DNA of 64,000 bases from an uncultured Prevotella sp. (GCA_905236755.1 CAJOCR010000003.1:77550-141549), one strand, 5' to 3'; shown: positions 52,810-64,000, numbered from the stretch's first letter. A program made the numbers and translations. Notes: a model not told the origin generated them from the sequence alone.

Positions 52810-55641
52810 TTATTCAAAAAGATTAGGTTTATTCTTCCTTGCTTCTTCCAATGATACTATATGCTGCTGTTCGTGAGTATAGTCATCACGAAGCTGCTGA
52901 TAATGTTCATTAAGAGCCTCAACATAAGCCTGTTTTTCCGATGCATTAAGCAAATGGGAAGCAGCTATAGCATTCTGAGAAGCATCCTTCATCCACAAAA
53001 CAGGTCCCCCATAAACAGGGGCAATCTTTAAAGCTACATGAAGTTGACTGGTTGTGGCGCCTCCAATCATAATAGGTATCTCTAGCCCTGCCTTACGAAG
53101 TTCCTTAGCTACGTGCACCATTTCATCAAGAGAAGGTGTTATGAGTCCTGAAAGGCCAATAATATCAGCCCCTTCTTCTTTCGCCTTACGCACAATCTGT
53201 TCAGCAGGTACCATAACGCCCATATCAATAACATCATAATTATTGCAAGCCATCACTACACCAACGATATTTTTTCCAATATCGTGAACATCACCTTTTA
53301 CAGTAGCAAGAATAACCTTTCCAGCTTTAGTAGAATCTTTTGAATTCTCTTGTTCAATATATGGTTGCAGAATAGCTACCGCCTGTTTCATGGTACGTGC
53401 TGTTTTTACTACCTGAGGAAGGAACATTTTTCCTGCTCCAAAGAGTTCGCCCACTTCATTCATACCTGCCATAAGTGGCCCCTCTATTATTTCAACAGCA
53501 TGAGAATATTTTTTCAGAGCTTCTGTAATATCTTCATTTAGATAATCAACTATTCCTTTCCTAAGTGCATAGGCAAGACGTTTGTCAACATCAAGAGTGC
53601 GCCATTCTTCGTCTTGTTTCTTTGCCGAAACAACAGCCTTTCCTGCAGCTTTAGCTGCTTTCAGTGCTTCTGTCTTTTCACGATAAACCTCAGCAAGTTC
53701 TACGAGGCGTTCACCTGCCTTTCCGTCCTCATTACGATTAAGAACAACATCTTCTATTATCTTACGTTCGTCCTGAGGAATATCTTCATAGTTTATCTTA
53801 GTAGCTGGATTGACTATACCAAAATCCATTCCCTTCAATATTGCATGATGAAGGAAGATTGAGTGCATTGCTTCACGAATATAATTATTTCCTCTAAATG
53901 AGAAAGAGAGATTGCTGACACCTCCACTAACGTGAGCTCCAGGCAGATTTGCACGTATCCACTCTGTAGCTCGAATAAACTCTACTGCATAGTCATCATG
54001 TTCGTCTATACCAGTTGCAATGGAAAGTATATTCGGGTCAAAGATTATATCAAGCGGATTCATACCAACCTTCTGAGTAAGAAGACGATATGAACGTTCT
54101 GCTATTTCTATTCTTCGCTCGTAGCTGGTTGCTTGTCCTTGTTCATCAAAGCACATAACAACAACAGCTGCGCCATAACGCATTACATCTCGAGCATGAG
54201 CAAGGAATACCTCTTCACCCTCTTTAAGAGAAATAGAATTGACTATAGATTTTCCTTGAACACATTGAAGTCCAGCAATAATAACATCCCATTTAGAAGA
54301 GTCTATCATTATAGGAACCTTAGCAATATCAGGTTCAGAAGCTATAAGATTGAGGAATGTGACCATCTCTGTTTTTGCATCAAGAAGAGCATCGTCCATA
54401 TTTACATCAACAACAAGAGCTCCATCGGCAACTTGTTTTCGAGCTATAGAGAGGGCTTCCTCGTATTTTTTCTCCTTAATAAGACGCAAGAACTTTCGAG
54501 AACCTGCCACATTACAACGCTCGCCTACAGAAACAAACGAATGTTGATTATCCGATGGTATTTCAAGTGATTCTAGGCCAGAAAGCTGCATTGACAAAGG
54601 CTTAGACTTAGGATTATGAGGTTTTTCCTCTTCCGCCATTTTTGCATAACTGGCAATAAACGTTTCGTCTGTTCCGCAACAACCTCCTACTATATTAACA
54701 AGTCGCTCAGTCATAAACTCACGAATATCTGGCGACATTGATTCTGCCGTCTCATCGTATAGTCCCATAGAATTAGGGAGACCAGCATTAGGATACGCAC
54801 TTATATAATAAGGAGCCTTAGCTGCCAATTCTTCAAGATATGGCTTCATCTGCTTTGCACCAAACGAACAGTTCAACCCTATAGAGAATATTGGATAACA
54901 AGAAACACTTGCAAGAAATGCATCAAGAGTCTGACCAGAAAGAGTTCGTCCAGCAAGATCGCTGATTGTGACAGAAAGCATGATGGGTAAAGTCTTGCCT
55001 TTTTTCTTCATTACTTCCATTGATGCATCAATAGCCACCTTTGCATTGAGAGAATCAAAAATAGTTTCTATAAGAAGAGCATCAACTCCTCCATCAACCA
55101 AAGCCTCTATCTGCTCATAATATGCAGAATATAGTTCTGTATATGTGAGTTCTCGAATAGCAGGATTGCTAACGTCAGGACTCATGGATAGAGTTTTGTT
55201 TGTTGGACCAATACTTCCCGCTACAAAACGAGGATGCGAAGGCTTCGAGAACTCTTCGACAGCCGTTCGAGCCAAGACCGCTCCAGCATAAGCTATATCA
55301 TAGCACATTTTCTCAAGGTGATAATCTGCCTGAGAAACAAACTGAGAAGAGAATGTATTTGTGGAAATGATATCTGCTCCTGCCTGAAGATATCTGCGAT
55401 GAATATCAAGGATAACATCAGGACGAGTAAGAGAAAGCACATCGTTGTTGCCAAGCATCTGGACACGCTGAACGTTATTTGGCTCGCGCCCTTGAATACT
55501 ATTTAATGGTGAACGTTCAACGCAATTACGAATTTCGTCGTTCCAGAAATCTTCTTCTTGAAGATTATATCCTTGAATCATAGTGCCCATAGCACCATCA
55601 AGGATAAGTATGCGGTCGTTAATTAGTTCTTGAAGTTTCAT
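52810..55641 (-). CDS. metH: B12-dependent methionine synthase lacking the C-terminal AdoMet reactivation domain
   Basis: [43 protein letters not shown] cobalamin motif; ends at 943 aa. Confidence 0.95.
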   Translation of the reverse strand: MKLQELINDRILILDGAMGTMIQGYNLQEEDFWNDEIRNCVERSPLNSIQGREPNNVQRVQMLGNNDVLSLTRPDVILDIHRRYLQAGADIISTNTFSSQFVSQADYHLEKMCYDIAYAGAVLARTAVEEFSKPSHPRFVAGSIGPTNKTLSMSPDVSNPAIRELTYTELYSAYYEQIEALVDGGVDALLIETIFDSLNAKVAIDASMEVMKKKGKTLPIMLSVTISDLAGRTLSGQTLDAFLASVSCYPIFSIGLNCSFGAKQMKPYLEELAAKAPYYISAYPNAGLPNSMGLYDETAESMSPDIREFMTERLVNIVGGCCGTDETFIASYAKMAEEEKPHNPKSKPLSMQLSGLESLEIPSDNQHSFVSVGERCNVAGSRKFLRLIKEKKYEEALSIARKQVADGALVVDVNMDDALLDAKTEMVTFLNLIASEPDIAKVPIMIDSSKWDVIIAGLQCVQGKSIVNSISLKEGEEVFLAHARDVMRYGAAVVVMCFDEQGQATSYERRIEIAERSYRLLTQKVGMNPLDIIFDPNILSIATGIDEHDDYAVEFIRATEWIRANLPGAHVSGGVSNLSFSFRGNNYIREAMHSIFLHHAILKGMDFGIVNPATKINYEDIPQDERKIIEDVVLNRNEDGKAGERLVELAEVYREKTEALKAAKAAGKAVVSAKKQDEEWRTLDVDKRLAYALRKGIVDYLNEDITEALKKYSHAVEIIEGPLMAGMNEVGELFGAGKMFLPQVVKTARTMKQAVAILQPYIEQENSKDSTKAGKVILATVKGDVHDIGKNIVGVVMACNNYDVIDMGVMVPAEQIVRKAKEEGADIIGLSGLITPSLDEMVHVAKELRKAGLEIPIMIGGATTSQLHVALKIAPVYGGPVLWMKDASQNAIAASHLLNASEKQAYVEALNEHYQQLRDDYTHEQQHIVSLEEARKNKPNLFE

Positions 55642-55660
55642 AAATACCCGTCCTGATTTC

Positions 55661-55693
55661 TCTATAATGAGTCTATAATGCGTCTATATCGTT
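55661..55693. repeat. 11-bp tandem array (3 units, TCTATAATGNG)
   Basis: TCTATAATGAG TCTATAATGCG TCTATATCGTT between smpB and metH. Confidence 0.7.
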
Positions 55694-55699
55694 TTACAA

Positions 55700-56179
55700 T
55701 CAAAAATGCTTGATAGCACGATCCATTTCACGTTTATCCTGCTTCTCACGAAGTGTCTGACGCTTATCATATTCCTTCTTACCCTTAGCAATAGCTATAT
55801 CAAGCTTTGCACGACCATGTCCGTCTATAAACAGAAGGGTTGGAACGATAGTGAAACCAGGATTCTTGCTAGCATCCTCAAGTTGGCGTATTTCTCTTTT
55901 GTTAAGAAGAAGTTTACGGTCACGACGAGTAGGCACGTTTGACCATGAGCCATAAAAATAAGGGCTCACATTCATACCTTTCACCCACACTTCTCCATTG
56001 TGAATGTCACAATAGCAATCAACAAGAGATGCCTTGCCCTGACGGATAGATTTTATCTCTGTACCCGTAAGAACAATACCAGCAGTAAAGGTATCTATAA
56101 AGAAATATTCAAATGATGCCTTTTTATTTTTTATCTGTATAGGACTTTTTTTCCTAATTAGTTGTTCGTCTTTATTCAT
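55700..56179 (-). CDS. smpB: SsrA-binding protein
   Basis: [44 protein letters not shown]. Confidence 0.97.
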   Translation of the reverse strand: MNKDEQLIRKKSPIQIKNKKASFEYFFIDTFTAGIVLTGTEIKSIRQGKASLVDCYCDIHNGEVWVKGMNVSPYFYGSWSNVPTRRDRKLLLNKREIRQLEDASKNPGFTIVPTLLFIDGHGRAKLDIAIAKGKKEYDKRQTLREKQDKREMDRAIKHF

Positions 56180-56678
56180 TTATTGTTGCAAAGTTTTCGA
56201 TATGATCATCGATATATACCGCGATAAGATTTGTCCACTCTTCTTCGTGTTCTACAAACTCATCATCAAAATCGTCGAATTCGGGATATTTCTCAAAAAG
56301 AGACATAAACTCTTCGTCAGAGCACTCACGCTCTATATCCTCGTGATACTGCTTATAGAAATAATGGCTCTTGTTGATAAGCTTAAAAAGGTCGTGAATA
56401 CCCCAATTACGGAAAGCCTTGTCTGTTGGATTAAGCCATATAAAACTACCCAAACCATTATGAATAAGCTGTATCATACCTCCATCCATCATCTCCTCAT
56501 GCATATAATGCCAAGCAAGAAGAGTAATCTGGTCAGAGTTGAGTTCCGACATATTGTCAGCATTCAGACTTCCACCAATAGCATCAAGAATGGCATTTAC
56601 GAAAGTACCCACAAAGGTGTCCATTCCCTTTTCTGCTGCCTGTTGCAGCACTTTATCATCGATAGTAACGTTGATCAT
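56172..56678 (-). CDS. DMP19/DUF4375 family acidic protein
   Basis: [15 protein letters not shown] motif, very acidic C-terminus; start reassigned to MINVTID. Confidence 0.7.
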   Translation of the reverse strand: MINVTIDDKVLQQAAEKGMDTFVGTFVNAILDAIGGSLNADNMSELNSDQITLLAWHYMHEEMMDGGMIQLIHNGLGSFIWLNPTDKAFRNWGIHDLFKLINKSHYFYKQYHEDIERECSDEEFMSLFEKYPEFDDFDDEFVEHEEEWTNLIAVYIDDHIENFATINE

Positions 56679-56788
56679 ATTATTAATAATTCTTTCGGCA
56701 AAGATAAATATTTGGCATAACATTTGCAAATTATCGGTGAACAAAACATAAAATAAGGCAGATATTTTGCTATGTCAAGAGCTTGCAT

Positions 56789-56796
56789 TATATTTG
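56789..56796 (+). promoter_or_regulatory. -7 box of clpC
   Basis: TATATTTG followed by CA, 40 nt upstream of the ATG. Confidence 0.6.
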
Positions 56797-56836
56797 CAAA
56801 TAGTTAATAAGATAAAAAAGAAAGGAAATTAATTAT

Positions 56837-59365
56837 ATGATCAGTCAGTTTTCACCAAAAGTTTCAGAGATACTGGCCTTCAGCCGTGAAGAGGCAAACC
56901 GTTTGGCAAGCCGTTCGGTTGGACCTGAGCATCTGCTCCTTGCCATGCTTAGAGACAAGGAGGGGACTGTGAAAAATGCCTTCGAATATATGAACGTGAA
57001 CTTAGAAACTGTAAAAAAGCAGTTAGAAGACCGCGTTCGTGAGGAAGATGTAAAAGAACCACTTATTACATCGGAATTGGTATTAAACCAAAAAGCCAGC
57101 AATATTCTGAAGCTTGCCGTATTGGAGGCACGCCTTCAGCATACAAGAATTGTGGATATTGAGCACTTGTTATTGGCCATGCTTCATGACCAAGTAAATA
57201 ACGGTGCTAAGAATGTATTAGAAATGAACAACATGAATTATGACGATACCTCTATCTATTTCGAAAGACGCAAAAACGTCACTCACGACGGTTTGTCACT
57301 TTCTGACGAGGATGAGGAAGAAGAGACTGGCAAACAGCAAACAGCAAACAGCAAGAATGTCAGCCAAACAACTACTGCACAGACACAACCTACAGGGAAA
57401 ACCCCTGTATTGGATAATTTCTCTACCGACCTCACACTTGCTGCACGTGAAGGGAAACTCGATCCTGTTGTGGGAAGAGAAAAAGAGATTCTGCGTGTTG
57501 TAGAGATACTTTGCAGAAGAAAAAAGAATAATCCAATATTAATTGGTGAGCCAGGAGTTGGAAAAAGTGCCATTGTAGAAGGTCTGGCACAACTTATTGC
57601 ACAAAGAAAGACATCACCAGTTTTATTCAACAAAAGAGTTGTCAATTTAGACATGACATCTATTGTTGCTGGAACCAAATACAGAGGACAGTTTGAAGAG
57701 CGCATAAAAGCCCTGCTTAAAGAGCTTGAAATGAATCCAAACATCATTGTCTTCATAGATGAAATTCACACTATGATCGGCGCAGGAAGTACTCCAGGAA
57801 CCATGGATGCAGCCAACATCATGAAACCTGCATTAGCAAGAGGTGTGATACAATGTATTGGTGCCACTACATTAGACGAATACCGTAACTCAATAGAGAA
57901 AGACGGTGCCTTAGAAAGACGTTTCCAAAAGGTTATCGTCAATCCTACAGATAAAGAGGAAACCCTGCAGATTCTACAAAATATCAAGGGACGATACGAA
58001 GATCATCATCACGTGATATATACTGATGACGCTTTGAAAGCCTGTGTAAAACTGACAGACAGATATGTTACTGATCGTTTCTTCCCAGACAAAGCCATCG
58101 ATGCTATGGACGAAGTAGGATCAAAGGTGCATTTACAGAATGCTGATGTTCCTCCTGCTATCACCGACAAAGAAAAAGAAATCGAGGATATGAAGGAGAA
58201 GAAACAAGCAGCTGTAAGAGCACAGAACTTCGAATTAGCTGCAGGTTATCGTGATCGTCAGACTGAACTCGAAAAAGAACTAACTCAATTACAGGAAGAC
58301 TGGCAGAAAGGTGACCTTGCTAACCGTCAGGAGATTACTGAAACCGAAGTTGCTGAGGTTGTTTCTATCATGACAGGAGTTCCTGTGCAGAGAATGGCTG
58401 AAGCTGAAGGCGAAAGACTGAGAAATATGGGAGGAGTATTAAAATCCAATGTCATTGCGCAAGATTCAGCCATTGACAAGATGGTGAAAGCTATTCAGCG
58501 CAACCGTGTTGGCTTAAAAGACCCAAACCACCCTATTGGAGCATTTATGTTCCTTGGTCCTACAGGCGTAGGAAAGACATATCTTGCAAAGAAACTTGCA
58601 GAAGAAATGTTTGGATCGAGCGATGCTCTTATTCGTGTTGACATGAGCGAATATACCGAAAGCTTCAATACAAGCCGACTAATCGGAGCACCTCCTGGAT
58701 ATGTAGGTTACGAAGAAGGTGGTCAACTTACAGAACAGGTTAGAAGACGTCCATACTCTATTGTCTTACTCGACGAGATAGAGAAAGCACATGGCAACGT
58801 ATTTAATATGTTACTACAAGTGTTGGATGAAGGCCGTCTTACAGATGGTAACGGAAGACTCGTTGATTTTAGAAATACAGTCATCATCATGACATCCAAC
58901 GCAGGAACAAGACAGCTAAAGGAATTCTCTCGAGGCGTTGGTTTTAATGCAGCTGGAACTTCAGGTATTGCTCACAACGAGAAAGACAAAGAATATGCAA
59001 GAAGCATTATTCAGAAGAGTCTCAGCAAACAGTTCTCACCTGAGTTCTTGAATCGTCTTGATGAAATTATCACCTTCGACCAACTTGACTTGGAAGCTAT
59101 CAAGAAAATAATAGATATAGAGTTGAAGAGTCTGTATAAACGCATTGAAGACCTTGGGTATCACGTAGAGCTCTCAGACAAAGCGAAAGAGTTTGTTGCC
59201 ACCAAGGGCTATGATGTACAGTTTGGTGCTCGTCCGCTAAAGAGAGCCATTCAAACCTATATAGAAGATGGTTTGTGCGAGAAAATCCTAAGCGGAGAAC
59301 TCAAAGAAGGTAATACCATTAATATTGAAAAATCTCCAGAAAAAGATGAACTGATATTCACATAA
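56837..59365 (+). CDS. clpC: ATP-dependent Clp protease ATP-binding subunit
   Basis: Clp-N repeats, GEPGVGKS, UVR coil, GPTGVGKT, RLIGAPPGYVG, FGARPL. Confidence 0.96.
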   Translation: MISQFSPKVSEILAFSREEANRLASRSVGPEHLLLAMLRDKEGTVKNAFEYMNVNLETVKKQLEDRVREEDVKEPLITSELVLNQKASNILKLAVLEARLQHTRIVDIEHLLLAMLHDQVNNGAKNVLEMNNMNYDDTSIYFERRKNVTHDGLSLSDEDEEEETGKQQTANSKNVSQTTTAQTQPTGKTPVLDNFSTDLTLAAREGKLDPVVGREKEILRVVEILCRRKKNNPILIGEPGVGKSAIVEGLAQLIAQRKTSPVLFNKRVVNLDMTSIVAGTKYRGQFEERIKALLKELEMNPNIIVFIDEIHTMIGAGSTPGTMDAANIMKPALARGVIQCIGATTLDEYRNSIEKDGALERRFQKVIVNPTDKEETLQILQNIKGRYEDHHHVIYTDDALKACVKLTDRYVTDRFFPDKAIDAMDEVGSKVHLQNADVPPAITDKEKEIEDMKEKKQAAVRAQNFELAAGYRDRQTELEKELTQLQEDWQKGDLANRQEITETEVAEVVSIMTGVPVQRMAEAEGERLRNMGGVLKSNVIAQDSAIDKMVKAIQRNRVGLKDPNHPIGAFMFLGPTGVGKTYLAKKLAEEMFGSSDALIRVDMSEYTESFNTSRLIGAPPGYVGYEEGGQLTEQVRRRPYSIVLLDEIEKAHGNVFNMLLQVLDEGRLTDGNGRLVDFRNTVIIMTSNAGTRQLKEFSRGVGFNAAGTSGIAHNEKDKEYARSIIQKSLSKQFSPEFLNRLDEIITFDQLDLEAIKKIIDIELKSLYKRIEDLGYHVELSDKAKEFVATKGYDVQFGARPLKRAIQTYIEDGLCEKILSGELKEGNTINIEKSPEKDELIFT

Positions 59366-59375
59366 TAGAAAAAAG

Positions 59376-59402
59376 AAAAGCGTCCATAATGGACGCTTTT
59401 TT
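59376..59402. terminator. Bidirectional terminator clpC / PBP1A
   Basis: AAAAGCGTCCA-TAA-TGGACGCTTTT. Confidence 0.9.
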
Positions 59403-59410
59403 TATATATA

Positions 59411-61723
59411 TCATTCAAACACTTCATCTATACCATTACCTGAATCATAATTGTCAGTATGAAGACACGGATCAAAATCAGCAGGTATATCAAACGTTGA
59501 GGAATCGCTATAATCAAGCGATGGGTCTTTATATACCTTCCGCATGAAATAAGCCCATATAGGAAGCGCCATTGTTGCGCCTTGTCCCATACGCATACTA
59601 TCAAAATGGATGTCACGATCCTCACCTCCTACCCAACAACCACTTACAAGTTGTGGAGTGAAACCCATGAACCAACCATCTGAGTTATTATTTGTTGTAC
59701 CCGTTTTTGCACCTATCTGTCCCTGGAAATTATAACGGAAACGAAGACGACCTGCTGTACCTCCATCAACAACACCTTGAAGAAGAACTAACATTTTATT
59801 TGCACTCTCAGCAGATATCACCTCATTCATACGAGGTTGGAACGTGGTAATAACATTTCCTTCATTATCTTCTATTCGAGAAACAAACATTGGAGCTGTA
59901 CGAATACCATTATTAGCAAAAGTGGTATATGCAGAAACCATCTCGGCAACACTCACCTCACAAGGACCAAGACATAGAGCCATTGAAGGATGAATATCAG
60001 GATTGTTAATACCGAAATCATGGAGCGTTGATACAAACTGAAGAGGATTAAGCTTTGACATTAGATATGCCGAAATCCAGTTGTTGGATTGTGCAAGTCC
60101 CCATTTCAGAGTAACCATCTGACCATATCGATTACGGTTGGCGTTTCGAGGAGTCCATGCCTGTCCTGCAACATGATATGTTTTCTGTACATTGGGCGCC
60201 ATATCACAAGGAGAGAAACCATTTTCCATAGCAAGAGCATAAAGGAATGGCTTGATAGTAGAACCAACCTGACGACGTCCACCAGTAACCATATCATACA
60301 TAAAATGATTATAATCAATACCTCCCACATAAGCTTTTACTGCACCTGTTTTAGGTTCCATAGACATAAAACCTGAACGCAAGAATGACTTATAATAGCG
60401 AATTGAGTCGATAGGAGTCATTACTGTATCTATCTCTCCACCATATGTAAATACTGTCATATCAACAGGCTTATGGAAAGAAGCACGTATCTCTTCTTCT
60501 GGAATTCCTGCTGCTTTCATACTACGCCATCTGTCGCTTTGCTGCACATTGCGATTAAGTATTGACTTAAGCTGCTGAGGAGTAAGCGACTCGGTGAAAG
60601 GAGCATTTTTCTTATGTTTGTTCTCTTTGTTGAACTCTGGCTGCAGGAATTTAGCCACATGATAATACACAGCCTCTTCTGCATATTTCTGCATACGAGA
60701 GTCGATTGTGGTATAAACCTTCAGTCCATCAGTATATACGTTATAGTGAGACCCATCCTTCTTTGTATTCTTGTTACACCAACCATACAATGGATCGGTT
60801 TGCCAAGCAATACTATCAAGAACATATTGAGATTTGTTCCATGAAGGGTAATCTGCAAGTTGTGGTTCTTCGGCCATCATATACTGGCGTAGGAACTCAC
60901 GGAAATATGTAGCTGAACCATCTTTATGGTCTGCACGATGAAAATCAAGTTTAAGCTTTTCTGACGATAGTTCACGATATTCTGCCTCAGAAAGATAACT
61001 TGCCTTCACCATCTGTTGAAGAACCACATTTCTGCGCTCTTGACAACGTTCTGGATAACGAACAGGATTAAAAAGAGATGGGTTCTTGCATAATCCTATC
61101 AAAGTTGCAGCCTCGTTAATAGTAAGGTCTTTCGGTTCCTTATTAAAATATGTATTAGCAGCCGTTTTTATTCCAACAGCATTATGAAGAAAATCAAACT
61201 TATTAAGATAAAGCGCAATAATTTCTTCCTTTGTGTAGTTGCGTTCAAGTTTAACAGCTATCACCCACTCTATTGGTTTTTGTAGCAGTCGTTCGGTTGT
61301 AGAATGAGCCTTTTCACTCCAGAGCTGCTTTGCAAGTTGCTGAGTGATTGTAGAACCACCACCAGCAGAAGCATGACCAAGAAGACCTCTCTTTACAATA
61401 GCACGACCAAGAGCTATAAAATCTATTCCAGAGTGTTCGTAGAATCGTTCGTCCTCAGTTGCAACAAGAGCTTTTACCAAATATGGAGATATCTTATTAT
61501 AAGGAATAAGTATTCTATTCTCTTTATTATAGTTCCATGTACCCAATACTTTCCCGTCAGACGAATATATCTGAGTAGCAAAGCGGTTAATAGGATTCTG
61601 TAGATCCTCTATATCTGGCATATAGCCAATCCATCCGTTCCATATGGCTGTGAATGCAACTGCAGAGCCAAATATACCCAAAAACAAGAGCGACCAAAGA
61701 ATATGTACAAAAGCTTTTCTCAT
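59411..61723 (-). CDS. mrcA: Class A penicillin-binding protein (PBP1A)
   Basis: N-terminal TM, EDERFYEH.G, GGSTITQQL, SxxK (STIK), SxN (SNN), KTGT. Confidence 0.92.
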   Translation of the reverse strand: MRKAFVHILWSLLFLGIFGSAVAFTAIWNGWIGYMPDIEDLQNPINRFATQIYSSDGKVLGTWNYNKENRILIPYNKISPYLVKALVATEDERFYEHSGIDFIALGRAIVKRGLLGHASAGGGSTITQQLAKQLWSEKAHSTTERLLQKPIEWVIAVKLERNYTKEEIIALYLNKFDFLHNAVGIKTAANTYFNKEPKDLTINEAATLIGLCKNPSLFNPVRYPERCQERRNVVLQQMVKASYLSEAEYRELSSEKLKLDFHRADHKDGSATYFREFLRQYMMAEEPQLADYPSWNKSQYVLDSIAWQTDPLYGWCNKNTKKDGSHYNVYTDGLKVYTTIDSRMQKYAEEAVYYHVAKFLQPEFNKENKHKKNAPFTESLTPQQLKSILNRNVQQSDRWRSMKAAGIPEEEIRASFHKPVDMTVFTYGGEIDTVMTPIDSIRYYKSFLRSGFMSMEPKTGAVKAYVGGIDYNHFMYDMVTGGRRQVGSTIKPFLYALAMENGFSPCDMAPNVQKTYHVAGQAWTPRNANRNRYGQMVTLKWGLAQSNNWISAYLMSKLNPLQFVSTLHDFGINNPDIHPSMALCLGPCEVSVAEMVSAYTTFANNGIRTAPMFVSRIEDNEGNVITTFQPRMNEVISAESANKMLVLLQGVVDGGTAGRLRFRYNFQGQIGAKTGTTNNNSDGWFMGFTPQLVSGCWVGGEDRDIHFDSMRMGQGATMALPIWAYFMRKVYKDPSLDYSDSSTFDIPADFDPCLHTDNYDSGNGIDEVFE

Positions 61724-61726
61724 ATT

Positions 61727-63385
61727 TTACTTATCAGCGAAAAGAGTTACGAAACGGAAGTTCTGACTATCAAAAAGACCACGATCACCCAGTTTAAGTT
61801 GAGGAATAACAAGGAGTGACATAAATGAGAGAGACATAAAAGGTGCATGCAGCGGGCATCCCCTGTCACGAAGGAACTGACATAACTCGCTATAACGTGC
61901 AGCTACTTCTTCCCCGTTCTTGTCTGACATAAGTCCTGCAACAGGAAGGTCAAGATCAAGCAATTCACCATTATAACAAATATCAATACCACCTTTCACC
62001 TCTATCAGATGATTTATAGCCGCAAGAATATCATCATCATTAGTTCCTACTGCTATAAGGTTATGACTATCATGAGCGATTGTTGAAGCAATAGCACCAC
62101 CCTTGAGTTCAAATCCCTTAATGAATCCAACAGAAACCTTGTCTGGGCTATATCGATTTACAACTACAACCTTAAGAATGTCTCTATCAATATCGCTTAT
62201 TGCAAGACCGTTCTCAACCTTTGGTGTTTCGAACAATTCGCTGGTATATAAATCTCCATCCTTAAGACCTATAACACGTATACAATCACCTTCTGCTCTC
62301 TGTTGAATCTGCTCCAATCGCAAAGGGGTTGCATCAAAACGATTTGGAAGGTGCTCATATGGTGTTTCATCGATATACAATTCTGGATAGGTATCTTTTC
62401 CGTCAACTCTATGATAAACGCACTTACCTTTTATATATGTAGCAAGCACATCCATAGTATTAATATCATCAACAACTATAAAATCTGCCTGCGAGCCATC
62501 CCGAAGGCATCCTATAGGCATCCTGTAGTGTTCAACAGGATTAATGCAAGCAACTATCAAACTATTCCATAAACTTGCACCATTCTGAATAGCACGACTG
62601 ACAAGCTTATTAATATGTCCGAGAAGAAGATCATCTGGATGTTTATCATCAGAACACAACATTGTATATTTTGGATGGCTGTCGATAAGAGGCCATAACG
62701 CCTCAAAATCTTTTGCCGACGAACCTTCACGCACCAAAACATATTGGGCCATCTCTGTACGTTCGTTTGCTTCCTCAAGAGTGGTACATTCGTGATCTGA
62801 ACTAATACCTGCAGAAACATATTTTTGAGCATCTTCACCACGAAGACCAGGAGCGTGTCCATCAATAGGCTTACCCGATTTACGCGCAACCTCCAGTTTC
62901 TTCATTACATCAGGATCTCCAAAAAGCACTCCAGGATAGTTCATCATCTCGCCAAGACCATAGATATCGTCACGTTTGAGCAGTTCATCAAGAACCGAAG
63001 CATCAAGACTTGCTCCCGATGTTTCAAAGCTTGTTGCAGGAACACACGAAGGAGCCATCATACATACATGGAAATTCACCTTGCTACTATCCTCAAGCAT
63101 AAACTCTATACCAGCAACACCAAGTACATTGGCTATCTCATGAGGATCGGCTACAACGCCTACACATCCCTGGCGAACAGCCATACGAGCAAAAGCACGA
63201 GGCATAAGCATCGAACTCTCAATATGAATATGGGCGTCAACAAATCCTGGAAGAATATAAGGAAGTTCTGCCTTACGAGGACCAACATACTCTATCTTGC
63301 TAATATGCTCATCCTCAATATGCACTACTCCCTCGAATATTTTTCGGGAATCTATATCTACAACGTTTCCGTGAATCTCTTTCAT
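61727..63385 (-). CDS. ade: Adenine deaminase
   Basis: PGFVDAHIHIESS, DPHEIANV.G, EMMNYPG, DGHAP, DHEC, AHDSHN. Confidence 0.95.
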   Translation of the reverse strand: MKEIHGNVVDIDSRKIFEGVVHIEDEHISKIEYVGPRKAELPYILPGFVDAHIHIESSMLMPRAFARMAVRQGCVGVVADPHEIANVLGVAGIEFMLEDSSKVNFHVCMMAPSCVPATSFETSGASLDASVLDELLKRDDIYGLGEMMNYPGVLFGDPDVMKKLEVARKSGKPIDGHAPGLRGEDAQKYVSAGISSDHECTTLEEANERTEMAQYVLVREGSSAKDFEALWPLIDSHPKYTMLCSDDKHPDDLLLGHINKLVSRAIQNGASLWNSLIVACINPVEHYRMPIGCLRDGSQADFIVVDDINTMDVLATYIKGKCVYHRVDGKDTYPELYIDETPYEHLPNRFDATPLRLEQIQQRAEGDCIRVIGLKDGDLYTSELFETPKVENGLAISDIDRDILKVVVVNRYSPDKVSVGFIKGFELKGGAIASTIAHDSHNLIAVGTNDDDILAAINHLIEVKGGIDICYNGELLDLDLPVAGLMSDKNGEEVAARYSELCQFLRDRGCPLHAPFMSLSFMSLLVIPQLKLGDRGLFDSQNFRFVTLFADK

Positions 63386-63521
63386 AATTAAATAATGTGT
63401 AACAATTTACAAAATTAGAAATATTCTTTTAGAATAGCAAGCAAAAAACTTGTTTTCAAAGAAAATATTTTTTTTTGAAACCTTTATACTCCTTTTCGCT
63501 CCATGTATCAAAAATTATTAG

Positions 63522-63529
63522 TAACTTTG
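63522..63529 (+). promoter_or_regulatory. -7 box of pyrB
   Basis: TAACTTTG 32 nt upstream of the ATG. Confidence 0.55.
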
Positions 63530-63561
63530 AAGGCAAATAAAAACAAATAACCCAATTTTAA

Positions 63562-64000
63562 ATGGAAAAGCATAATTTTGTTACTATTGCAGACCTCTCT
63601 AAAGAGCAGTTGGTTTATCTTTTAGAGATGGCTCAAGAGTTCGAAAAACATCCAAACAGAGAGCTGCTAAAAGGCAAAGTCGTAGCAACCCTCTTCTTTG
63701 AACCTTCAACAAGAACTCAGCTAAGTTTCCAAACTGCCGCCAATCGCTTAGGCGCAAGAGTAATTGGTTTCTCTGATGCCAAAACATCAAGCACCACCAA
63801 AGGCGAAACTCTCAAGGACACCATTCTCATGGTTAGCAACTATGCCGACATGATTGCAATGAGACACCACATAGAGGGAGCTGCCCAGTATGCAAGCGAG
63901 ATTGCCCCCGTGCCTATCATCAACGCAGGAGACGGCGCTCACATGCACCCATCACAATGTTTGCTTGACCTTTATTCTATTTACAAAACACAGGGAACAC
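63562..64000 (+). CDS. pyrB: Aspartate carbamoyltransferase catalytic subunit (3' truncated by window edge)
   Basis: Translated by hand: [12 protein letters not shown]..., [34 protein letters not shown]. Confidence 0.96.
   Translation, partial: MEKHNFVTIADLSKEQLVYLLEMAQEFEKHPNRELLKGKVVATLFFEPSTRTQLSFQTAANRLGARVIGFSDAKTSSTTKGETLKDTILMVSNYADMIAMRHHIEGAAQYASEIAPVPIINAGDGAHMHPSQCLLDLYSIYKTQGT

Noticed and set aside
55642-55699. Cobalamin or SAM riboswitch upstream of metH
   Set aside because: Only 58 bp separate smpB and metH, mostly the 11-bp array; no riboswitch motifs are visible.
55700-56179. tmRNA (ssrA) or tRNA genes near smpB or elsewhere
   Set aside because: No tRNA-like T-arm/CCA or GGGG...CCACCA ends were found in any intergenic region by eye.

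Overview
This 64-kb window is core chromosome from a Prevotella-like Bacteroidales organism. The evidence is TAnnTTTG -7 promoter boxes, A/T-rich initiation regions without Shine-Dalgarno sequences, bS22 and bL38 ribosomal proteins, and DUF4494/DUF4421 genes. It holds about 52 intact or edge-truncated CDS, mostly housekeeping: nifJ/PFOR, AddAB-like helicase-nuclease, HU, RNase E/G, two tandem acyl-CoA synthetases, cdd, panB, rsmG, ruvC, rpmB/rpmG, tsaD, map, an ECF sigma operon, metH, smpB, clpC, PBP1A, adenine deaminase and partial pyrB. I found no rRNA, tRNA, CRISPR array or intact mobile element. Four things stand out. (1) A three-gene operon (mutarotase, FucP-type permease, nucleotidyltransferase/GHMP-kinase fusion) lacks catabolic genes and looks like an Fkp-independent import-and-activate sugar salvage pathway with a structured leader. 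(2) Several families of tiny palindromic or tandem repeats are unusually dense; some are read in-frame as protein termini, and one inverted pair brackets panB. (3) A twin TGCACA-N13-TGTGCA candidate operator covers the fadD promoter. (4) A decayed BRO-N/HU-like remnant follows nifJ. All family assignments come from motif recognition by eye, without database searches; counts and alignments were done by hand.
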